The translations under genes were made by a program, and so were the position numbers. From NCBI GenBank assembly GCA_017541085.1, contig JAFXZU010000023.1:17030-81029 (forward strand): DNA of 64,000 nucleotides, in the 5' to 3' direction. The number at the start of each line of letters is the position of its first letter. The first letter of the stretch is position 1. Shown here one piece after another: positions 1-10,036 of this stretch. This stretch comes from Prevotella sp. GTDB taxonomy: Bacteria > Bacteroidota > Bacteroidia > Bacteroidales > Bacteroidaceae. Under the pieces are notes generated by a model. It searched no databases and was not told where the DNA came from. It saw only the letters and a program-made list of their open reading frames with translations.

Positions 1-45
1 ATTCACTATTCACTATTCGTTATTTATTTAAATAAGAAAAAAACA

Positions 46-1206
46 ATGGAAATAATATTAGGTTTGCTAATAATAGCAATAGGCGCATTCTGTCAGTCAA
101 GTTGCTATGTGCCAATCAATAAGATTAAGGATTGGTCTTGGGAGTCTTACTGGATTATACAAGGTGTATTCGCATGGCTCGTACTGCCTTTCCTCGGAGC
201 GCTGTTAGCTGTTCCAGCAGGCGAGTCTCTGTTCGGACTGTTTGCTGGCGCACCGTCTTTTAACCTTTGGATGACAATATTCTTCGGCGTTCTGTGGGGC
301 GTCGGTGGTTTGACTTTCGGCTTGTCAATGCGTTACCTCGGCGTAGCATTAGGTCAGTCTATCGCTCTCGGCACTTGCGCCGGCCTCGGCACAATCATGG
401 GTCCGGTGTTGCTTCAGATATTTTTTCCCGATCCTTTCCCACTTGTAATTAATGGGGTTATACAAACTGCAGCTGATGGTTCTACAATCATGACAACTCA
501 CATAGAGCGACTTACTTATTCCGTTATCATCGGTGTTGTAGTAACGCTTTTAGGCATTGCCATCATCGGCATGGCAGGTAGCATGAAAGCGGCATCACTC
601 ACAGAGGAAGAGAAGAAGGCTGCAGTTAAGGACTTCAACTTCCCAAAGGGACTTGCCATAGCTCTGCTCGCTGGTTTCATGAGCGGTTGCTTCAACGTAG
701 GTCTTGAGTTTGGTAAGGATATAAACTTCGGTGAACTCACAGACCCAATGTTCCGCACTCTGCCGGCTACATTCCTCGTAACCTTCGGCGGTTTCATCAC
801 CAATGCCATCTACTGTTTCTACCAGAACCAGAAGAACAATACATGGGATGACTACCTTCCAGTATTTTCTATTGCAAAGAGAAGCAGGGAAGATCAAGAC
901 GGATGGAAAATAACCGACTATCGTATTAGTTCATATTGGATAAGTAATATTTTCTTCTGCCTCTTGGCTGGTGGTCTTTGGTACAGCCAATTCTTCGGAT
1001 TGTCGCTCGGAAAGGGCTTCCTCACGGAGTCACCAACGCTGACCACACTGGCATTCTGCATACTGATGGCACTCAACGTAGTATTCTCTAACGTATGGGG
1101 CATCATACTCAAAGAGTGGAAGGGATGCTCACAGAAGACTATCACCGTGCTTATCGTGGGTATCATAGTACTTGTCATAAGTTGCTTCCTGCCGCAGTTG
1201 ATATAA
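46..1206 (+). CDS. rhaT: L-rhamnose/proton symporter
   Basis: Multi-TM protein with RhaT motifs (KIKDWSWESYW, GLTFGLSMRYLGVALGQSIALG, WGIILKEWKG); adjacent to rhaD. Confidence 0.92.
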   Translation: MEIILGLLIIAIGAFCQSSCYVPINKIKDWSWESYWIIQGVFAWLVLPFLGALLAVPAGESLFGLFAGAPSFNLWMTIFFGVLWGVGGLTFGLSMRYLGVALGQSIALGTCAGLGTIMGPVLLQIFFPDPFPLVINGVIQTAADGSTIMTTHIERLTYSVIIGVVVTLLGIAIIGMAGSMKAASLTEEEKKAAVKDFNFPKGLAIALLAGFMSGCFNVGLEFGKDINFGELTDPMFRTLPATFLVTFGGFITNAIYCFYQNQKNNTWDDYLPVFSIAKRSREDQDGWKITDYRISSYWISNIFFCLLAGGLWYSQFFGLSLGKGFLTESPTLTTLAFCILMALNVVFSNVWGIILKEWKGCSQKTITVLIVGIIVLVISCFLPQLI

Positions 1207-1279
1207 TTTTTAGACTACCGAAAAAACAAATACGTTGAACATTAGCGAAACTAAAATATTTAATCTAATATAAAAAGAA

Positions 1280-2101
1280 ATGAAAAGTATTCTTGATGGC
1301 CGTGACGGCCTGAAAGCTGTTGTTGACCAGATTGCCGAGGTTACAGGTTACCTCTGGCAGAAAGGTTGGGCAGAGCGTAACGGCGGTAACATAACCGTTA
1401 ATGTAACTGAGTTTATGGACGATGAGTGCAAGGCAATGCCTGCAATCGCTCCTGTAAAGCAGATTGGCATGGTACTTCCACAGCTGAAGGGTAAGTACTT
1501 CTACTGCAAGGGTACCGGTAAGCGTATGCGTGACCTCGCACGCTGGCCTATGCAGAACGGTTCTATCGTTCGTATCTGCGACGACTGTGCCAGCTATGAG
1601 ATAATAGCCGACGAACCAGTTGCACCTACATCAGAGCTGCCAACACACCTCGCACTGCAGAACTATCTGCTTGAGACTGGCTCATGCTACAAGGCTACAC
1701 TGCACACACACCCTATTGAGCTCGTTGCCATGAGCCATATAGAGCGTTTCCTTCGTGGCGATGAGATGACGCGCGTGTTGTGGTCTATGATTCCAGAGAC
1801 TCTTGCTTTCGCTCCACTTGGTATCGGTATCGTACCTTACGGTCTGCCATCATCAGTGGAACTTGCCAAGGACACACTGGAGAAGATAAAGAAACACGAT
1901 GTTGTTCTGTGGGAGAAACACGGCACAGTAGCTGTAGGTCAGGACATCATGGATGCCTTCGACCAGACAGATGTGCTCTGTAAGGCCGCAAACATATATA
2001 TGTGCGCACGCAACATGGGCAGCGAGCCAGACGGCATGACACCTGAGGCTATGAAAGAGGTACAGGACGTATTCAACCTGCCTAAGACCCGTCCTTGCTA
2101 A
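1280..2101 (+). CDS. rhaD: Rhamnulose-1-phosphate aldolase
   Basis: GWAERNGGNI, PTSELPTHL, HTHP and WEKHG class II aldolase motifs. Confidence 0.95.
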   Translation: MKSILDGRDGLKAVVDQIAEVTGYLWQKGWAERNGGNITVNVTEFMDDECKAMPAIAPVKQIGMVLPQLKGKYFYCKGTGKRMRDLARWPMQNGSIVRICDDCASYEIIADEPVAPTSELPTHLALQNYLLETGSCYKATLHTHPIELVAMSHIERFLRGDEMTRVLWSMIPETLAFAPLGIGIVPYGLPSSVELAKDTLEKIKKHDVVLWEKHGTVAVGQDIMDAFDQTDVLCKAANIYMCARNMGSEPDGMTPEAMKEVQDVFNLPKTRPC

Positions 2102-2223
2102 ACCAGCATAGGATAATTCGTGACACACGATACTTAGAAACCCACACGGATAATACAAGCATACACCTATTATAATATATGTATGTCTTGCATTATCCGT
2201 GTTTACCAATAAAAGAATATTAC

Positions 2224-3006
2224 ATGACAGACGAGAAAACCACACCTCTATACCACACCTCTGCCGATGCCTTTCACTGCGACTTTACAAAGAAGCTATG
2301 CATAGGTCATCTCGGCAACGACCTGCTCAACGCCTCTGACATGCACTCCACTGAGCGCGGCTTTGGTATGACATACCTTTGGACTCAGAACAAGACATGG
2401 GTACTCTCCCGACTTGCGATTGAGCTTGAAAGTATTCCGAAGGAGCATGATAAATTCTATATTGAGACATGGGTGGAGAATGCCATGAAGTTCTTCACCA
2501 AACGTAACTGGGCCATCGTGTCTGAGGACAACAAAACCGTCTATGGCTATGCCAAGAGTATATGGGCTATGATAGACACCAACACACGTGAGCCGCAGGA
2601 CATTCTTGCCATCCATGATGGCAAGATAAAAGACTACATATACCCGGAGAAACAATGCCCCATAAAGGATGTATCGAGAGTCAAGACACCAGAGATGACA
2701 GAATACACCACGTTCAAGGTGCTCTACGGCGACCTTGACGTCAACTGTCACCTCAACTCAATGCGATACATAGACCATGTAATGGACACACTGGCACCCG
2801 AATATTTCCGCAATCACCAGATGAGCCGCATAGAGATAGCCTATGTAGCAGAGGGACATTGGGGCGACACAGTCCGCATATACCACACCGCCGAGGACAA
2901 GACAGAAGCAGACGGAGAAATGCACTACTTCCGTCTGGCACGCCATAATGACGGCGAAGAAGAGACAGAACTGGCACGAGTAATGCTTCTTTTCAAGAAA
3001 GAATAG
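2224..3006 (+). CDS. Acyl-ACP thioesterase
   Basis: WVLSRLAIE and DLDVNCHLNSMRY hot-dog thioesterase motifs; upstream of ilvC as in Bacteroidales. Start placed at MTDEK (the ORF track starts at 2179). Confidence 0.85.
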   Translation: MTDEKTTPLYHTSADAFHCDFTKKLCIGHLGNDLLNASDMHSTERGFGMTYLWTQNKTWVLSRLAIELESIPKEHDKFYIETWVENAMKFFTKRNWAIVSEDNKTVYGYAKSIWAMIDTNTREPQDILAIHDGKIKDYIYPEKQCPIKDVSRVKTPEMTEYTTFKVLYGDLDVNCHLNSMRYIDHVMDTLAPEYFRNHQMSRIEIAYVAEGHWGDTVRIYHTAEDKTEADGEMHYFRLARHNDGEEETELARVMLLFKKE

Positions 3007-3013
3007 AGAAATA

Positions 3014-3045
3014 TTTGCTTGTTTCAAAATAAATTACTAACTTTG
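3014..3045 (+). promoter_or_regulatory. Bacteroidetes primary-sigma promoter for ilvC
   Basis: TTTG (3014) - 20 nt - TAACTTTG (3038). Confidence 0.75.
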
Positions 3046-3098
3046 CAACCTAGTACAGATAAAAAAATTTGAACATAAACATTAAATAAAAACAAACT

Positions 3099-4142
3099 AT
3101 GGCAAAAATGAATTTTGGTGGCGTTATCGAAGAGGTAATGACACGTGAGGAATTCCCACTTGAGAAAGCCCGTGAAATTTTGAAAGACGAGACCATAGCC
3201 GTTATTGGTTATGGCGTACAGGGACCTGGTCAGGCTTGCAACCTGCGCGACAATGGTTTCAACGTTATCGTAGGTCAGCGTCAAGGTAAGACCTTTGAGA
3301 AGGCTATCAACGACGGTTGGGTTCCAGGTGAGACTCTGTTCTCTATCGAGGAGGCTGCCGACAAGGGTACCATCATTATGTGTCTGCTCTCTGACGCAGC
3401 TGTAATGTCTGTATGGCCTACCCTGCAGAAGTACCTCACACCAGGTAAGGCTCTTTACTTCTCACACGGATTTGCTATCACATGGTCTGACCGCACAGGT
3501 TGCGTTCCATCAAAGGACATTGATGTCATCATGGTAGCTCCTAAGGGTTCTGGTACATCACTCCGTACTATGTTCCTCGAGGGTCGCGGTCTGAACTCTT
3601 CTTACGCAGTATATAACGATGCTACAGGTAAGGCTCTTGACCGTACACTGGCTCTTGGTATCGGTATCGGTTCTGGTTACCTCTTCGAGACCACATTCCA
3701 GCGCGAGGCTACATCTGACCTCACTGGTGAGCGTGGCTCTCTGATGGGTGCAATCCAGGGTCTGTTGCTTGCTCAGTATGAGGTTCTCCGTGAGAACGGC
3801 CACACTCCTTCTGAGGCATTCAACGAGACAGTTGAGGAGCTCACACAGTCACTCATGCCTCTCTTCGCTGAGAAGGGTATGGACTGGATGTACGCTAACT
3901 GCTCTACCACAGCACAGCGCGGTGCGCTTGACTGGTATCCACGTTTCCATGATGCTATCAAGCCTGTAGTACAGCAGCTCTATGAGTCTGTAAAGACTGG
4001 TAACGAGGCACAGATTTCTATCGACGCAAACTCTAAGCCTGACTACCGTGTAGGTCTTGAGAAGGAACTCGCAGCTCTCCACGACTCTGAGATGTGGCGT
4101 ACAGCTGAGACCGTTCGTCAGCTGCGTCCTGAGAACAACTAA
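3099..4142 (+). CDS. ilvC: Ketol-acid reductoisomerase
   Basis: IAVIGYGVQGPGQA, FSHGF, MVAPKG, SDLTGER, ANCSTTAQRG motifs. Confidence 0.97.
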   Translation: MAKMNFGGVIEEVMTREEFPLEKAREILKDETIAVIGYGVQGPGQACNLRDNGFNVIVGQRQGKTFEKAINDGWVPGETLFSIEEAADKGTIIMCLLSDAAVMSVWPTLQKYLTPGKALYFSHGFAITWSDRTGCVPSKDIDVIMVAPKGSGTSLRTMFLEGRGLNSSYAVYNDATGKALDRTLALGIGIGSGYLFETTFQREATSDLTGERGSLMGAIQGLLLAQYEVLRENGHTPSEAFNETVEELTQSLMPLFAEKGMDWMYANCSTTAQRGALDWYPRFHDAIKPVVQQLYESVKTGNEAQISIDANSKPDYRVGLEKELAALHDSEMWRTAETVRQLRPENN

Positions 4143-4163
4143 TTCACTTATTCGTGATATAAC

Positions 4164-4206
4164 AAAAGAGGTTGTGTCTTTTTATAAGATACAACCTCTT
4201 TTTTTC
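4164..4206 (+). terminator. Rho-independent terminator after ilvC
   Basis: AAAAGAGGTTGTGTCTT...AAGATACAACCTCTTTT stem followed by a T tract. Confidence 0.85.
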
Positions 4207-4245
4207 AATATCAAAACCATAGCTCCAAACCCTCAACATAATGAG

Positions 4246-4278
4246 AAGCTATCACTTTACAATGTAAAGTGATAGCTT
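4246..4278. repeat. Inverted pair of 22-bp-family repeat units
   Basis: AAGCTATCACTTTACA-A-TGTAAAGTGATAGCTT; the arms match units at 16056-16073 and 61749-61764. Confidence 0.8.
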
Positions 4279-4300
4279 TCATTTTATCATTTGGTGTATA

Positions 4301-5137
4301 TTACTTTTTAGACGGCAAAGTTTCAAGCCAGCGGGTCAGTTCGCCAAGCATCTGGTCATGATACTTGAATGTGCTCTTGAAGCCGAAACCATGTCCACCG
4401 GAAGGGTAGCACATCAGTGCGCACCTATTACCGGCTTTTATCATTGCTGTATAATATGACACACCGTTTGTGAGTGCAGGCACGGCATTGTCATCGCTGG
4501 CAAGCAGGATTATTGCCGGAGGAGTACCTGGCTTTACTGCCGTTGCCGAGTTCCACTCCCACTGCAATGCCTTGTCATTACGCTTGTCACCGAGGAAACC
4601 CACACAAGAGCCTTTATGAGTCTCATACTCATTCATTGATATGACAGGGTAAAAGAGTATGGTGAAGTTTGGTCTTACTGCCTCATCCGCATGTGTAGAG
4701 ACAGCAGAAGCCAGATGTCCTCCTGCACTGGAACCCATGATACCCACATCATTAGGATTTACATGCCAGTCCTTGGCGTTATCCCTTACCATACGAATAG
4801 CGCTGTAAGCGTCAGAGAGCGGAATGTTACGGTCACCGTTCGGCATACGATACTTCAACACAACGAGGGCTATACCCTGAGCATTGAAATACTCCGCCCA
4901 GTTATGTCCCTCATGTTCCATAGCCAGATGGGTATAGCCACCACCAGGACAGCACACCACCGCCCTGCCTGTAGCCGCCTTAGCATTTGGAAGATAGACG
5001 GTTAGCTCTGACAAAGTGTCTGTAGTGTTCTTTAACACGAGTTTTTTGTCCGTACTTTGCGCCATAACGCTGCATGAAAATAACAAGAATGGAAGCGCCG
5101 CAACGCTACACATCTTAGAGAGAAATCCTTTTATCAT
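4301..5137 (-). CDS. Secreted alpha/beta hydrolase (carbohydrate esterase-like)
   Basis: CPGGGY oxyanion motif, GSSAGG nucleophile elbow, GGHGFG; N-terminal signal peptide. Confidence 0.85.
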   Translation of the reverse strand: MIKGFLSKMCSVAALPFLLFSCSVMAQSTDKKLVLKNTTDTLSELTVYLPNAKAATGRAVVCCPGGGYTHLAMEHEGHNWAEYFNAQGIALVVLKYRMPNGDRNIPLSDAYSAIRMVRDNAKDWHVNPNDVGIMGSSAGGHLASAVSTHADEAVRPNFTILFYPVISMNEYETHKGSCVGFLGDKRNDKALQWEWNSATAVKPGTPPAIILLASDDNAVPALTNGVSYYTAMIKAGNRCALMCYPSGGHGFGFKSTFKYHDQMLGELTRWLETLPSKK

Positions 5138-5173
5138 TTATGTTTAAGTTTTAGTTCTGCTTTCTTTTTACCA

Positions 5174-8158
5174 TTATATTACAACCACACCCTCCTGCTT
5201 CATACCGTCCATCTTGATGGTGCATGCCTGTGGCAGTTCCACACAACGTATGAATCGCGTCTCGTGCACGGCAGGCAGAGAATCAAGGTACTGGCGGTTT
5301 AATATCTCCAGCTCCGCCTGCTGATATTCGCGATTTTCGTCTATAGGGTTGGTTTCTTTGTCATGATACACATCGATAGTGAAATAACCGACGCCGAGTG
5401 ATGTCAGGTTCTGGAAGAAGTGTGTACCCTGTGACGGGTCCACGTATGCACTTGGCAGTATCTCTTCCACTATCAGTTTCGCCCCGGAGATGTTAGGCCA
5501 CTTCACCGGTACACCGAGCCATGAATCACTGCTGCCCCACCTGCCCGGGCCTATCAAGATATACCCCTCGCCTTTGGCAAGGAACTTATCGTTAAGTGAG
5601 TCTATCTCATCAGACACAAGGTCATTGTTAGATGCAGAGTAATTGTCATCAAGTTTGATATACACCACATGTTTCACACCCTCAATGATACCGTGTCCCA
5701 ACGAGTTGTGCGAGCGCAGCAACAGAGTCTCGTCAGGTATTGCGAGCAAGTCCTCGTCAAGCACCTGCTTGCTGTCCACTATCGGGCGTATCTGCAACAA
5801 GTAGAACTCTCCCGTCTTATCGGGATGGATGTTACAAGCCATCTCTATCTCCACCGGACGTCGCATCTCTTCCTCACCAAGGCGCAACGTCATCTGCATC
5901 AGTTCTGGCAAGGGCCACACCTCCTGCTCAAGCACGCCATTAAAAGATATAACCTTACGTCCGCCCTCATAGAGCCCCGGTCTTATTACTTGATCATAGG
6001 GATCAAAGGTGGAAGCTATATATTGTAAAGAGCCATCCTCATCTGCCTCTTTCACCATTCGTTTCTCTATATTGAAACCATCATTCACGCTCACCTCTTT
6101 TCCTGTAGGCAGACCTATGGAATAGAACTGTGTCTGCGTCTGTCTGAGAGCTATCTCCATCTCTGACATCTGCATCACCTGCTTAGGATGATAAGGCGAC
6201 ACTCGTAGCGTCTGACCACCGTCAACGATATACTTACCCAGTCCAAGGGCCAGTGCAGCAATGCCTTCCTCTGGCTTTTCCTCGCCTATAGGGTAATAAT
6301 TCAGCGAACGCAGCACACCACTTATATTAGGATAGTAATGTGTGCCGTATTGCTGTCCCACCACCTCTTGTATCACCACAGCCATCTTCTCCTGGTCTAT
6401 GACATTCTGCGTGGCTGTCATATAAGCCTTTGAGTCATGGTAATACACAGAGGCATAAACAGACTTTATCGCAGTTCCGAGATTACGGAGCATCAGCTCA
6501 CGGTCCTCGGTATATGGTATCATATATGTGCTGTATATACCAGCGAATGGCTGATAGTGACTGTCCTCAAGCAGCGATGACGAGCGTATGGCCAGCGGCT
6601 TGTGCGTAGCATCAATGATAGTATTGAAATCCTCAAGCAGCGACGTTGGCAGCTTGGCGGCAACAAAAGCATGCAGTATTTCCTCATCTGAAGCGTCACT
6701 GAGAGCTATCTCCCACAACTGGTTGGAGTCCATGAACTGGTCAAAGAGGTCGGTACACAGCACCACCGTCTTTGGTATATAAACACGTGCGCCGGGGAAC
6801 TGCTGCAACTCGGTATGCTTCTTCACTATATTGTCAAGGAATGCCAGGCCTCTACCCTTTCCTCCCAACGAGCCGTCACCAATACGCGCGAAGTGTGAGT
6901 AAGAGTCAAAGCGGTCTTTGTTGAACACGGCTACCACGCCGAGGTTCTTCATGTGGCGGTAAGCCACTATGGCATCAAATATAACCTGACGGTGCATGTC
7001 AACGTCTGGATATTTATGCCATGTTATATCACGCAGGAACGAACTTACAGAGAATATGCAGCGCGCAGCAAGCCAACGTGATATATGGTTACGACTGACA
7101 TGATAGCGCATAGTATCATGAGGCAACTCAAATACAAGATGCTGCAGGTCTCTCAGATTATGTGCCACGGCGACCACCTCACCCGAATCAGGATTACGGA
7201 AAAGGAAATCTCCGAAACCGAAATGTTCCTCAAGGATATGCTTCAGGTCCACATTGAACTTCTTTGAGTTCTTGTCAAGCACACGCACTCCTATGGTGTC
7301 AATCACTATGTCTGTCTCAGAAGTCTCAAGTATAAGCGGTAAGAACTCATCCTGCTCTCGTACATTCTTCAGCAAAGTCAGCCCCGCCTTCGGGTCTGTC
7401 TCCCCGTTATGCGGATAGCGGCAGTCAGAGATAATACCAAGCATATTATCCTTATACTGTTGGTAAAGTTGCCATGCCTCTTCATAACTACGAGCGAGCA
7501 ACACCTTCGGTCTGCCACGCATACGCAGCATCTCCGCCTGAGAGTTAAGCGCCTCGGTAGCGAAGTTCAGGCTCTGCGTAAGGATATATTTATACAGGTT
7601 GGGCAGGATGGAAGAATAAAACCTGATATTGTCCTCCACTAACAACACACACTTCACGTCAGCCTCTCGCGTGTCATTATCCACATTCATCTTGTCCTCT
7701 ATCAGTTTAATGATAGAGAGTATAAGTTCTGTATTGCCCAGCCAACAGAAGATATAGTCGAAGATACTCAGGTCAAGGTCTTGCATACGTCGGCTTATAC
7801 CGTGTGAGAACGGCGTCAGTACCACGCATGGTATGTCTGGCGACATTGACTTCACTGCACGTGCTACGTCAAAAGCGTCATTGTCGGCATTACCCGGCAT
7901 ACATATAACGAGGTCATACTGTGTGCCGCTGAGCGTGGCGGCAGCCTCGTCTATTGTTGACACCTGCTTGAACACCGGCGGATAGCGCAATCCCAGTTGC
8001 ATATACTCAGAGAATATCTTCTCATCCACACGCCCGTCATCCTCAAGCATGAACGCGTCGTATGGATTTGCCACTATCAGCACGTTGAAAATGCGTCGTT
8101 GCATAAGGTTTAGAAACGACACATCACGCAGGTTAAGTTCATTCACCATCTTTGCCAT
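5174..8158 (-). CDS. PEP/pyruvate-binding domain protein (PEP synthase/PPDK-like) with N-terminal receiver-like domains
   Basis: GSLGGKGRGLAF, AIRSSSLLEDS...FAGIY and LQIRP motifs. Start moved to 8158 because a TACCTTTG -7 box lies at about 8163-8170 on the minus strand. Confidence 0.85.
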   Translation of the reverse strand: MAKMVNELNLRDVSFLNLMQRRIFNVLIVANPYDAFMLEDDGRVDEKIFSEYMQLGLRYPPVFKQVSTIDEAAATLSGTQYDLVICMPGNADNDAFDVARAVKSMSPDIPCVVLTPFSHGISRRMQDLDLSIFDYIFCWLGNTELILSIIKLIEDKMNVDNDTREADVKCVLLVEDNIRFYSSILPNLYKYILTQSLNFATEALNSQAEMLRMRGRPKVLLARSYEEAWQLYQQYKDNMLGIISDCRYPHNGETDPKAGLTLLKNVREQDEFLPLILETSETDIVIDTIGVRVLDKNSKKFNVDLKHILEEHFGFGDFLFRNPDSGEVVAVAHNLRDLQHLVFELPHDTMRYHVSRNHISRWLAARCIFSVSSFLRDITWHKYPDVDMHRQVIFDAIVAYRHMKNLGVVAVFNKDRFDSYSHFARIGDGSLGGKGRGLAFLDNIVKKHTELQQFPGARVYIPKTVVLCTDLFDQFMDSNQLWEIALSDASDEEILHAFVAAKLPTSLLEDFNTIIDATHKPLAIRSSSLLEDSHYQPFAGIYSTYMIPYTEDRELMLRNLGTAIKSVYASVYYHDSKAYMTATQNVIDQEKMAVVIQEVVGQQYGTHYYPNISGVLRSLNYYPIGEEKPEEGIAALALGLGKYIVDGGQTLRVSPYHPKQVMQMSEMEIALRQTQTQFYSIGLPTGKEVSVNDGFNIEKRMVKEADEDGSLQYIASTFDPYDQVIRPGLYEGGRKVISFNGVLEQEVWPLPELMQMTLRLGEEEMRRPVEIEMACNIHPDKTGEFYLLQIRPIVDSKQVLDEDLLAIPDETLLLRSHNSLGHGIIEGVKHVVYIKLDDNYSASNNDLVSDEIDSLNDKFLAKGEGYILIGPGRWGSSDSWLGVPVKWPNISGAKLIVEEILPSAYVDPSQGTHFFQNLTSLGVGYFTIDVYHDKETNPIDENREYQQAELEILNRQYLDSLPAVHETRFIRCVELPQACTIKMDGMKQEGVVVI

Positions 8159-8278
8159 ACCACAAAGGTAATGTTTTTTTCCTATATACACAAATCTATC
8201 TTTCCGTAAGACACAAAAAATCCCCACCCTCAACGGGGCAGGGACTGTTATGTCTTTTTCTCTTTACAAAGCCACAGA

Positions 8279-8938
8279 TTAGAGGCGGAACTTGTAACCT
8301 ACAGTAGCGAGTAATACGCTGTTGTGGTTTGTAGCACCATCCAACACCTTGGTAACACCTATGTTGTAACGTGCATCTATCACGATATGGTTGTCAAACT
8401 CATAAGAAACACCTACAGGGATAGAGAAGTCAAACGTTTTGCAGTTATCCTTGATGTCTATGTCCTGCGTTGTCTCAGTATTTCCAGTTTTCACTGTATA
8501 CTTATACTTAGCATTTGTCATGAATGCGAACTGCACACCAGCCTTTACGGCAAGGCCTTTGAAAATGTAATAGTTTGCTACGATAGGAACGTTAATGTAA
8601 CCCAGATCTATCTTCAAATCCTTTATCTCTGTTCCTGGAACCTTGTAATCATCCCACTGCTTACCCTGCATAATATAGCCTACGCCTGCTGCTACGCTGA
8701 AGCGGTCATTTATCTGATACTCTGCCTCTGCACCGATGGTAGCACCTACGTTGATCTGACTCTCTGATTTGACGGCAACATCATTCATAAACCCATCGAA
8801 ATCATCCAAACCTGTAACAGATGTTATAGTTACACCGGCCTTTGGCTGAATGCTCCATGTTCCTGGCTTTACTTTTGACTGTGCATTAACAGATAAAGCA
8901 GCTACTGTCATTGCTGCAACTAAAAATAACTTTTTCAT
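8279..8938 (-). CDS. Outer-membrane beta-barrel protein (PorT/OmpA-like membrane domain)
   Basis: Signal peptide, YINVPIVANYY, DARYNIG, C-terminal TVGYKFRL. Confidence 0.85.
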   Translation of the reverse strand: MKKLFLVAAMTVAALSVNAQSKVKPGTWSIQPKAGVTITSVTGLDDFDGFMNDVAVKSESQINVGATIGAEAEYQINDRFSVAAGVGYIMQGKQWDDYKVPGTEIKDLKIDLGYINVPIVANYYIFKGLAVKAGVQFAFMTNAKYKYTVKTGNTETTQDIDIKDNCKTFDFSIPVGVSYEFDNHIVIDARYNIGVTKVLDGATNHNSVLLATVGYKFRL

Positions 8939-9139
8939 TATAATTTCCTTTCGTTAAGATAATTTTATTTTATTTTACAAAGACAAAAGTACAACTATTT
9001 TTCAAACTACAAAAATTATTTCCTGTTTTTTACAAATAAAATTACCGACAAGACAAAAATAATGCGACAAATACGCAGGGAAGCCCTGATATTTGTCGCA
9101 TCATTTACTATTTTATTGTAAACTATCTCATGTAAGATT

Positions 9140-9622
9140 CTATCTCAGCCTATCCGCAGAGCGTACCAAATCATCGTCATGCTTTATGCCTTTGTACGCA
9201 AGCCAATAGAGCACTATGCTCACTATCGGGAGACACACGCCAAACTGTGGGGTGACACCACCCTGCTTCTCAACGAAAGCAACTAAAGCACACACCACAC
9301 ACCACAGCAACAGCAACAACTGTCCCAAGCGGCATCCACGCATCTGACGACGGCGGTTCTTATAGTCAAAGATAGTAAGAAAAGACAACATTGCCACTGC
9401 AATAGAGATAACAGCAAGCGCAGTCATCCAGCCAAAGGTATATTCCCCGCTATTGGGATTATATATAAAAGCTGAATACACTTCACGCGGCATCCCCTGC
9501 ATACCAGTAGCAGTAGCAGACATCACTACAGGGTCATTAAGCAAGAGTACCGGCAACACCTGCATTCCCACGAGCAGCGTGGTTATCAGCAACAGATATA
9601 TTGTTTGTTTACGCTGCCACAT
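9140..9622 (-). CDS. DUF4293 family membrane protein
   Basis: MWQRKQTIYLL start, YKNRRRQ and DDDLVRSADRLR end; conserved bamD-rpoZ-DUF4293 context. Confidence 0.85.
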   Translation of the reverse strand: MWQRKQTIYLLLITTLLVGMQVLPVLLLNDPVVMSATATGMQGMPREVYSAFIYNPNSGEYTFGWMTALAVISIAVAMLSFLTIFDYKNRRRQMRGCRLGQLLLLLWCVVCALVAFVEKQGGVTPQFGVCLPIVSIVLYWLAYKGIKHDDDLVRSADRLR

Positions 9623-9624
9623 AA

Positions 9625-9972
9625 TTAATAGTCGTCCTCCTCGTCTTTACGTCTGTCTTTGGCTGGGTCATGCCAATATATGTCATGGTCAAGGAACTCC
9701 TCTGTGGCTATGAGCGTTGGCTTTGGCAGCTTCTCATAATATCTGCTTATCTCAATCTGCTCACGATTCTCAAACACCTCTTCCAGACTCTCATTGTAGT
9801 TAGCGAACTCAGCCAGTTTCTTGCTCAATTCCTGCTTTATCTCGCTAGATATCTGGTTAGCACGTTTTCCTATGATTGCAACGCTCTCATAGATATTGTC
9901 TGTTCCATCACACAGCTCCATTATGTTACGTGTTACAGTGTTTGTAGGTGCTTTTGATTTCTTGTAATCCAT
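9625..9972 (-). CDS. rpoZ: RNA polymerase omega subunit (Rpb6 family)
   Basis: NIYESVAIIGKRANQI and EEVFENREQIEISRYYEKLPKPT, typical of the Bacteroidetes omega subunit. Confidence 0.9.
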   Translation of the reverse strand: MDYKKSKAPTNTVTRNIMELCDGTDNIYESVAIIGKRANQISSEIKQELSKKLAEFANYNESLEEVFENREQIEISRYYEKLPKPTLIATEEFLDHDIYWHDPAKDRRKDEEDDY

Positions 9973-10036
9973 TTTCTGTCTTTATTATTTGTAATGCTTA
10001 TTTCCTATTGCTATATAATAATGTAGAGACCCGCAA

